Positions 54,733 to 64,000 of a stretch of DNA of 64,000 bases are shown here, in pieces. Source of the stretch: Octopus vulgaris (taxonomy: Eukaryota). Below the pieces are notes generated by a model. It worked only from the letters and a program-made list of their open reading frames with translations. It ran no database searches and had not been told where the DNA came from. The position numbers and the translations under genes are program-made. The stretch spans positions 37,138,001-37,202,000 of the forward strand of contig OX597815.1 of the NCBI GenBank assembly GCA_951406725.2, read 5' to 3'. Every line of letters begins with the position of its first letter. Position 1 is the first letter of the stretch.

Positions 54733-55431
54733 TACATACATATATATACATAGATATATATGTTTGTAATCTATATACATATATATATATATATAAAATA
54801 AAAGAAGGAAAATACACACACTTTACTAGTTATAATATTTAAAAAATATATTGTATATTGTGTTTGTCGACCGGTTACACTTTTGTTAGTCATGACATTG
54901 GAATTATTGTAATTTCGTATTTACTTAAGAAGATGTTAGACCATGTTGTGTGTGAAATTTATGGATGGGGATTAAACAAGTAAAAAAATCTAAGGGGTCG
55001 TAATTGGTGATCGTTATTATTAGGGACAGTGGAGGTAATTGTTCGTCTTTCGGAGAGGTATAAATATACACAAAAACTCAAACGATAATGTAGTGAGATG
55101 AAATATGTACAGTAATGGGTATGTGATCAGGAATTAAAATATATACTGAGATCAAACTTGCTTGTACGTTCATATTTAGACATGGTCTGTACTTTTCGCT
55201 CAACAAATTTTCCTTATTTAAACGTTCTTGTATAGAAATTGTTTCTTTGCACTAGTACGAGGGGAAAACTGTGAAGTTTGGTTGGATATTATCTACACAT
55301 CTCTCTATGTGTTCACTCAAAGAAGTCTGTATTGCGAGAACCGGATCTGTTCCTTATTTAGTGTGGTTCTCCTTCTCAGTGTCATACTTGTCTGTCTAAT
55401 GTCCAATATAGTTATGCTCACAATCTGAGCA

Positions 55432-55476
<45 letters not shown>

Positions 55477-55552
55477 TATACATATGTATATATATACATA
55501 TTTTTGTGTTTGCATATTAATACACTTTTTACTCAGTACTCTGTATATTAAT

Positions 55553-55566
55553 TTACTACTACCACT

Positions 55567-55660
<94 letters not shown>

Positions 55661-55676
55661 ATAATAATAATAATAC
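55553..55676. repeat. (TAC)n/(TAA)n trinucleotide microsatellite
   Basis: Directly visible. Source of the poly-Ser and poly-Leu ORFs. Confidence 0.95.
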
Positions 55677-55689
55677 TGCATTCATATGT

Positions 55690-57040
55690 TTTTAGCGAAA
55701 CCATTAGATTGTCGTAACGTAAAACAGCATGTCCCGGTGATGATATGTCAGTGAAGTTGCATTTCAATCATATTATATAGCACCAGGAGACGATTGAAGC
55801 TTCATATAACTTTTTACTGGCACATGCGAATGAAATTAGATCAGGATAAGTGTTTGCATCTTGTGAATATTAATAAAATCGGTGGCCAGTTGACAAATTC
55901 TAATTTCAATGATTTATCTGTTTCTTGTCTCCAGTGCTATGTGCTATAGGCTTCTCGTGTTTCGAATGCGGTTTTTATACGTTGGTATTGTAAGGATAGC
56001 TAGTCATCATTCCACAAATGATGAGGTTTTTGAAGTCAACAGTGTTCCCAAACATCTTTCTCTATGTCAGTTTCAGTAACAATATTTTAGATACTGGTAC
56101 GGATAATGGCAAAGAAATGCACAACTTGTGTATCAATATAAGGAATATACTCAACACCATTGTTAAATTCCCCATTAACAGTGACGTTGTAAAGTCTATG
56201 TTGAATGGGGAGATGGAGAAGCAAAAATGATTAGGCTTCTTTAAACATACATTGAATACTGAATTGTGGCACATTTTGCATACTCGCAAAGGTGAAAATG
56301 GAATATCGTGAGCATTGAAGAATACTTCAGTACATGTTCTGAATTTTCCCATATTGTTTGATAAAGGAAGGGTTGTGTATGTAGTTGTTAAAGAGTGTTT
56401 CTCTTGTTGAAGAAGTCGTGAATGACATTACCCGATTGAAAGACATTTCTGAAGTACCACCTTACAAAATTAGTGCAGATTTCCCGTGAACTGTATAGGT
56501 TGCTTGTGAGTGATGCATAGATACGGAGTGGATTGAAAGGAATAAAGGTTGGTATCATTTGCATAGGATCGAATTTTTCAGGAGGTGACTGCAATTATGT
56601 CACTGATAAATACAAAAAATAGTGTCAGGATGAAAATCGCAACTTAGCGGGCACCACTGATGATAAAATATTGGCCATAAAGATTTCCATCATCGTACGA
56701 TGCGATAACAAGATTTTTCAGCAGATGGCTGGATCTTGTTTGTGCGTTGTTTGTTAAGGAATTTTGCGTGATAAACACAATATTCACAGATTTACATGAA
56801 TGCGGTACTCCAATGTTGAGTGTCATAAGAGTGTAGGGCTTCACTTAACCTACCTTTAACAAAGCTGCAATGGCGGTCATTGTTATGGTATTCTACTCAC
56901 AGTTGTTATTAGTCGGTGTCGTCATTTCAGATATTGAAAGTGCGATGGGGCAATATGTGATATGATCAGAAACGTTGGCCTTCTTCAATGTAGGACACTC
57001 TGCAGCGTCTTTCCAAAAATCAGGAGAGATAATCACTGCG
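55690..57040 (-). mobile_element. Possible very decayed Helitron Rep coding relic
   Basis: Weak motifs in Rep-like order on the minus strand: YGQYFI, FDPMQMIPTF, ISLPLSVP, FGNTVDF, FETR/RSL*HIAL (cf. EFQKRGLPHAH), GHAVLRYDN (cf. GYPLYRRRDN). Each is individually weak. Confidence 0.3.
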
Positions 57041-57081
57041 CGCACACAGACACATACACACAGACACAGACACAGACATAG

Positions 57082-57113
<32 letters not shown>

Positions 57114-57142
57114 ACACACACACACAGACACACACACGCGCG

Positions 57143-57174
<32 letters not shown>

Positions 57175-60105
57175 TTGATTGAAGAGATAGGTGAATATAA
57201 GCGCTGGCTACAATGTTCATTATTTAAGGATAATAGAGTGACATTTAAGGTTTAAAATGATCGAAAATATTTTCGCTTTTGTGTATGAGTGCATTTAGTG
57301 ATGACTTCGATAAAGAAGACAGAGTAGTTTTGGCGGCGATATACATAGTGCACCCAGTCTGAGTTTGTATAGAAAACGGGCATCGGAAGTATACTAAATC
57401 AGATTTGTTCTGAAGTGGAGAAAAAGAAGATTCTGCAACATTGGTAGAAATTGTTTTGGTAAAAGGCTGAAAGAATCAGTTGTAGTTTGAAAAACAGCAG
57501 AATTTAATGACTGTACAAAGACAAGGTATTCTTCAGAAGTTGTGGTGCTGAGTAGAAGCCATCTCATTTGTCAGAGTGAATGTCTCCAAGACTTGTAGAT
57601 TACTTTTTTTCTGAACAGCTGCTGCACAAATGTTAGTGAACCATTTGGGAGTGTTTTTGGTTGTGAGTCTTTGTTGTATGTAGGATAGTGGTGGACATGC
57701 CCAAAAGGATGGTTTTGTTCAGCCGCCCAACTGTTTCTTATGAGATAGGAGGGACATATGCTGTCAGTGATGAGATTGCAGTGAGGTTGCAGTGCTTCGA
57801 TCAGTCAGTTGATTATCATAGGATGTGTGGCGGGTAAAAGACTCTGGATGCAGTTCAGGATCATTTTAAGCGGCACTGGTTTTTTCTATTTCAACTTAGT
57901 AATTTTATGATTTTGTACGCATCAGTGACGTTGTTTTTAATCACGTAGTTCAATTGTTAATTCTTCATTTTATAACCGAATCACTTAGGTTGCTAAACTA
58001 TTTAAAGCGGTCAACATCAGCGAGAGCAGCAGCACAAAATGAGATGTTGATAAATGCATTTGAAATGCTGTCATCATTTTGGATTTTACTGTAATATTTG
58101 ATGTCGAACTTTTTATGATTTAGTGAAATGGAGGGTTGTGCCATGATGACAATGTGCAAGTTTTTTCAAACTACTGGAGCGAAAGAGGAAGAATAGTATT
58201 GAATTATCTTCAAACAGGATGACTGTTGATTGCAACTGAACGGGCTCTGCTGAAGGTAGCTAAGGGCGCGAAGATGGTTTTAAAACAAGTAACTAATTAA
58301 ACCAGTCTAACAGCCAAACAATAACTTTTTTCATGTGTTGTCTACGAAACATTTTACCAAACGGGTATACTCAGCTAAGTAGTCAGAAAATGAAGAATTT
58401 CAAATGCAGTATTATCTGAATGGAAGAAGAATTAAATAAAGACTAATGATTTCCCTTGTTTTAAAACAATCTTCAGGGCACAAGAAACAGAGTAAAGAAC
58501 TGTATTGAATGCAGACAATTATCTATTTTAATGAAGGATGATGTAAGTATTTCAGAGCGCAAATACAGATGGTTTATCACAGAATAATTCTTTTTAGCTC
58601 ACACCTACCAACAAATGACATTCGTGTCATCTGAGAATGTAAAGAATATGGCAACCTACTGCTAGTTATAAAATGCAGTTGAAAAACTATGTAAGTTTGA
58701 TATGAAAACGTTGCTTCGATTATTTTCTTCTAATCGTATGTGACAGAGAGGGGCGAGAATGCTGTGTCATATTTTGTGACTGTGCCAATCAAATGATAAA
58801 TGTAACAGCTTATGTGAATTTTAAAGAATGTACTCGCAGGGTAATTTGAACCTAAACTGACGGGCACAAGAAAAATGTGCATCCAACGCAAGAACATTTA
58901 AGGTGATTGAAAATATATAAATACTTGATATTATTGGGATACGCACAAGTGTTCCGAAACACAAGAGCTGACAGTAATCAGTATAAAAAAATTGGCAAGG
59001 CAAAAGCTCAAGCTGAAGTAGTTATTGAATCGAAATATTAACAAATCTCAAAGAAACCCATAATTCAGGTAGATAAAAAGAAACATATTCGAAACACTTG
59101 AAATCACGCAAAAAAAGAAACAACAACAATAACAAAAAACAAAATAAGATCATAATAAATTAAACGGGAAGGTCTATTGTCGAAACGATGCGTGACGTTT
59201 AAAGTGTTTTCAACATTGCAACGAAGAGATATTTTGGAGAAACCAAGAAGAAAGATTGAATCAATCAGGATAAGAAAATGTAGAGAAAAAGAAATTTAAA
59301 GATTGGATCTAATTGAGCTTGCTGATAATAAAAGCTACAACGCGTGGTGGATTATGATGAAAAAGGGAATATTTGAGAACAATTTACCAAATCATAAAAT
59401 ATTTCTTATATTTTGACACACCACCAGAGTTATATAAAGGATACAAAGATTATACATATTGTGCTTTTCTCGAGAGCATTAGTGATGTGATTGGTGTTAG
59501 ATTGTTCTAGCTGGTTAACTCAGTTTTGACTTGGATTACCAAAGTTTTTGTAGATATCCTTTCAAACAAATAGTAATGGCTTCTATATGAATATATTTTA
59601 GAGGAAAGGAAATTGGAAATGGTATTTCGTAGGACATTAGTTACGTAAATGATTTGAAACAGTTTTACTCAAGTGATGCCACTGCATCAGAATGCCAACA
59701 AATTCGTCATATCCAGCATTCATTGGCTTTAAACAACTAACAATATTCAGTTTACATTTCTTTATGAATTCAAATGCTATATATTCTGTCACCAACTATA
59801 AATTCATGATGTAGCAAGTTTCAAGGACTTCTTTTTATCGAATCTTCTAGAGATATCTTTTCAATTTATTGCAACCAATAAAGTGAATAATCAAATCAGA
59901 CATCACAGTTAATAGCTTTGAGAAAGAAGCTCAAATATTGACTTAAATAAAGAGAATTCTCTGTTTAGTTGTATACTTGACGAAATTTCTTCCTCCACCT
60001 TCTATTTCTTACTGTAAAACAAATCCGAACCTTCATGTCAAATCAATGTATTTTTCTTTGGAAAATATTCTATGTATATTGAATCTCAATAAAATAAAGC
60101 AAAAA

Positions 60106-60136
<31 letters not shown>

Positions 60137-60185
60137 AAAAGAAATGCCGTTAGAAAACCGATTATAGCAGCGACTCCATCTAAGA

Positions 60186-60222
60186 ATATCTGAAGAACGA
60201 ATATTATTCCGAAATATCATAT
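60186..60222 (+). ncRNA. Minimal hammerhead-like motif, decayed or variant
   Basis: ATAT-CTGAAGA-AC-GAAT-ATT-ATTC-C-GAAAT-ATC-ATAT. Stem I is ATAT/ATAT and stem II GAAT/ATTC. Confidence 0.45.
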
Positions 60223-60509
60223 CAGACTATGGATGACTAAATTACAAAAGGTACATAGTCCATTGTCTGTATTATAGTCCATTATTGTACCATTCAAGAC
60301 TTTCTATTCTTTAAAAACAAATATCATTACTAACAGATGTCTTACAAATGATTAAACCTATTTAAATAGTTATTCATTGTTACAACTGCTTTTAGTAGTA
60401 GAGGAATACCGGACTATCTACTAACGCACACGTCCAGACCACCAGCTCTCTTTCACACGCACATACATACTCTCTTATACACACACGCACCTTCGTGTTG
60501 GGGATTATC

Positions 60510-60762
60510 TTTACTTTGTTATCTCCCCTAATTCTTCACTCTCCTGTGTGACACTTCTGTCCGGCAATCGCCATGATAGATCGGTAGCCACTACACACAT
60601 TTTTTTCTCTCCTTGTGTTTTTCTGTGTCCTTTTCTGTTGAAGAGCGTAGGCTCGAAACGTAAAATACTTTTTCTATTCCTGAGCGTCATACTAATACAT
60701 CTATTTGTTTTGTACACCACCTGTCTTCGTCTTTTGTTTTTTTTTCGTGAACTCTCCCCCTG
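60510..60762 (+). mobile_element. PLE pLTR-like insert with minimal HHR (core mutated to CUGUUGA)
   Basis: TTT-CTGTTGA-A-GAGC-GTAG-GCTC-GAAAC-GTA-AAA at 60632-60665. The 3' part matches 18215-18312. Confidence 0.7.
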
Positions 60763-61029
60763 TATATACATATATATCTACTTCGTACCATGTGTGAGAA
60801 CTGAATAAGGGGCCTCAAATCAGTAGGCACCCCACTGGTCATCTTTTGACTAATTACAACAATATTGATTACTCCCAAATATTCCATTTATGTATTTAAC
60901 TCTCCTTCCTCCTCTGTTCTCAGTTACTATTATCATTCTCTTTATCTTACTTTTATTTTTATTTTTAGATTTATTTCTTCTTCTACACATTTGCTTCTGT
61001 ATTTTTATATATGTTCTATTATTCTTTTA

Positions 61030-61366
61030 TTCTGGAGCACCGACTTTAGTCGAGCAAATAGACCCCAGGACTTATTCTTTGTAAGCCTACTGCTTATCCT
61101 AACAGTCTGTTTTGCTGAACCGCTAAGTTACGGGGACGTAAACACACCAGCAACGGTTGTCAAGTGATGGTAGAGGGACAAACGCAGTCACACAATTAAA
61201 CACACACAAATACACACATACGACAGGCTTCTTTCAGTTTCCGTCTACCAAATCCACACACAAGGTTTGGTCAGTCCGAGGCTATAGTAGAAGATACTTA
61301 CTCAAGGTACCGCGCAGTGGGACTAAAACCGGAACAATATGGGTGGTAAGCAAGCTACTTACCACC
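61030..61366 (-). mobile_element. SINE family C
   Basis: CTGGAGCACCG..TTTAGTCGAGCAAAT.GACCCCAGG...GAACCGCTAAGTTACGGGGACGTAAACACACC...CAAGGTACCGCGCAGTGGGACT. Confidence 0.85.
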
Positions 61367-61374
61367 TAGTTCCC

Positions 61375-61488
<114 letters not shown>

Positions 61489-61653
61489 GTTATATATTTT
61501 TTGCCATCTAAAATATTTTGTTACTTAAGCAAAGAGTAAAGCATACATTTTTTAGTTTGAAAACGGCTACTTGATGCTTGAGACCCACAGAAACGTAATT
61601 CCTTGCAAACATTAGTATCAAGACTAAAACACACATACACACACAGAGACACA

Positions 61654-61711
<58 letters not shown>

Positions 61712-62287
61712 CACAGGCACACACACACATATATATATATATAATTAAGATTCAGTTGAATTAGGTACTTAATTTGAGTCACCAAGTCAGTCCGGTATTC
61801 TTCTACTACTAAGCATTGATCTTTCCTCTAAGCAACCTAACCTATATTCCCAAATTCTTCATTTCACCTTTTTATTATCCCTACCCCCTCTCGCTACTCT
61901 TCACTTAGGCTCTATCACTACATACCTCACACTCCTTTACTCTTTACCCTCCCATCTCTTTACACTCTCATATCTTTCTCTCTCTCACTCTTACCTCCTC
62001 TTTCCTTCTATAAATTTATCCTGGCTGACCACTAGCCAGTACACTCTCCCTCTCTTCATTTCTTTATTATCTCTCTCCCTGATTTTCTTTTTCTCTCTCT
62101 TTTTTCTCTCTTCCTGTTTTTGATTTGACCTTACAATCACATTCCCAACTTTTAAGTCACTTCAAAATAACTCTCGATCCAATGACACCGTATACAAACT
62201 CTATGCTTGGAATGAGAAATTTTAAATACTATTGGAACTTATACACAATGAACAGGAAACTTATATGAATACCATTCTGCTTAAATA

Positions 62288-62304
<17 letters not shown>

Positions 62305-62318
<14 letters not shown>

Positions 62319-62938
62319 GTAAAGAGTGAAAAAACGACAGAAGGCTTAAATGTTAAAAAATATATATATTTGCGTCAATATGTCTGAAGAATATTAGAAA
62401 ATTTTTTAAACAAATTTTTTTTCCTTTATAATGACATAATTTTTAAAGAAAGACCGGTTTCGCATTTAGCTTTTCAAATTTCTTGTGACGTTATGTTTAT
62501 GTTTAATAGAGTTATCCTTGTGTTTAAGCTCCGGAGAGTTCTAAATAAGGGAAGGTAGTGGGTGATTTCTTCCGGTGTAAGGGAGATAATCGCTTAAAAA
62601 TTTTTTTGCTTTCCCTTAATGTGAATTTCTCTGTATCAGTATGTTCGGATGGTTGAGTCTGGGCTTGTACTTTTCAATGAAGAATGTTTCCTTGTTTAGT
62701 CTAATTTGTGTTGATGATCCGAAAGCAGATTGGTAAAATGGAAAGATTAAAAATTGTGGTAGTAGTTGCTTTGCGCATTTCTCAATGTGCTCACTAAAAG
62801 GTATTATGTCATTATAAAGGAAAAAAAATTTGTTTAAAAAATTATCTAATATTCTTCAGACATATTGACGCAAATATATATATTTTTTAACATTTAAGCC
62901 TTCTGTCGTTTTTTCACTCTTTACTATTTTTTATATAT
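62305..62938 (-). mobile_element. 5'-truncated Penelope-like insertion: GIY-YIG C-terminus, decayed HHR and inverted pLTR copy
   Basis: Minus 62804-62616 reads IPFSEHIEKC..PQFLIFPFY....RLNKETFFIEKYKPRLN...*. HHR relic AAGAAA-T-TTGAAAA-GC..GC-GAAAC-CG-GTC-TTTCTT at 62446-62484. Near-perfect inverted arms 62305-62440 / 62803-62938. Confidence 0.88.
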
Positions 62939-63112
62939 TCACCCACGTGCTTTCACAAACCAACTTTCTTATCTATATATATATATGCAAGAAAAAATGG
63001 AAAAAGAATGACAGGAACGAAAAAGTTGGTAGTTTTCGCTAGTAAGCCATTAATCTAATTAATTAATAAAGAAAAGTGGTAGTACATTTACGATCGTTTC
63101 TGTTTACCAGTT

Positions 63113-63250
63113 GTAGTGGCTTACCAATGTGAATTACACACAAATAGCCATATAAAATCCTATATAGGAACCACGAAAAACCAAATGATACTTAGGTACA
63201 ACACACACCAGTCTAGCTTCAGAAAAGAATTCCCAAGAAACTGGAATATA
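63113..63250 (+). mobile_element. PLE GIY-YIG endonuclease N-terminal fragment
   Basis: In frame from 63113: VVAYQCELHTNSHIKSYIGTTKNQMILRYNTHQSSFRK (cf. VVY...YIG.T...F..RY..H.SSF). Confidence 0.75.
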
Positions 63251-63339
63251 CCACTTCGAAGAGGAATGGTTCAACCCAGTAGAAATTGTTAGCGACTCTC
63301 GAATAACATGGAAGATGGTTTCAAATAATTAAGATTATA

Positions 63340-63728
63340 GGCGCAGACATAGGTATAGCTGTTTTGTTAAGAGGAACATTTTACAACCATGTGTTTTCGG
63401 GTTCAATCCCACTGTACGGGACTTTGGGCAAGTTTCTTTTACTACACTTATGCTTTGTGAGACAATTTGACAGATAGACGAAGGCTGTGAGGAAGCCCTT
63501 TATCTATATAGGTGTATGTGTGTGTACGTTTATTTGTATTGAGTTTGTTTCCCTATCGCTTCACAACCGATGCTGGTCTGTTTACGTCCTCGTAACTTAA
63601 CAGTTCAGCAGAATGAAAGAGATTGATAAAGTAAGTACCAAACTTTTAAAAAAATATTACTGGGGTCGATTTGTTCGAGGCAGTATGTGCCCCAGTATGA
63701 CTGCAGCCCAATGACTGACACAAGTAAA
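63340..63728 (+). mobile_element. SINE family C, diverged full-length copy
   Basis: GGCGCAG...GGGTTCAATCCCACTG..CTTTGGGCAAGT...GTTTACGTCCTCGTAACTTA.CAGTTCAGCA...ATGACTGACACAAGTAAAA. Confidence 0.8.
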
Positions 63729-64000
63729 ACAACAAAACAACAAACTTTCTTTTCACTTCTTAAGTGCACTAGTATATTTTTTATCTTAGAAGTTTTCACT
63801 TTTTAGTTCTGGCTTTTGTTACATTTCTGTTATAAAGCAAATTCGAAGCTGTCCTTGTAGAGTTAATATCTCCGATAGTTTAAATCTATCTTCTCTCAAC
63901 AAAGCTGAAGACTATTTTAATATTCTTAACTAATTTTGTTGATTGTCAATGAAACATTTACCTAAACCATCATCGTTGTCATGAAATATTGAAAGAAGCA

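Noticed and set aside
59200-59900. Faint PLE RT-like fragments (LIIKATTRGG, DLKQFYSS)
   Set aside because: Too degenerate to support without a translated search.

Overview
AT-rich, microsatellite-dense animal genomic DNA with one 100-N gap. The SINE families and repeat landscape point to Octopus, which is an inference. There is no intact long protein-coding gene. Nearly all listed ORFs are translations of (TA)n, (CA)n, (TATC)n or (CATA)n repeats. The window looks intronic or intergenic and is packed with transposon relics: at least three tRNA-derived SINE families plus a Meta-domain-like repeat, two R4/Dong-type LINEs, an RTE LINE, a CR1 3' end, several Tc1/mariner/pogo relics and MITEs, two non-autonomous Helitrons, and many Penelope-like (PLE) pieces. 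Four small candidate exons on the minus strand may belong to a host gene with very long introns. The most notable signal is a set of about 11 hammerhead-ribozyme (HHR) motifs, ranging from intact to decayed, mostly in fold-back or tandem inserts within (TA)n tracts. The best case is a young, non-coding 433-bp unit at 53608-54621 with an intact type I HHR. It is arranged as a circularly permuted inverted copy plus about 1.4 tandem copies that begin 2 nt from the predicted self-cleavage site, making it a candidate cephalopod retrozyme (ribozyme-bearing circular-RNA retroelement). All motifs were read by eye; no alignments, folding or database searches were run.
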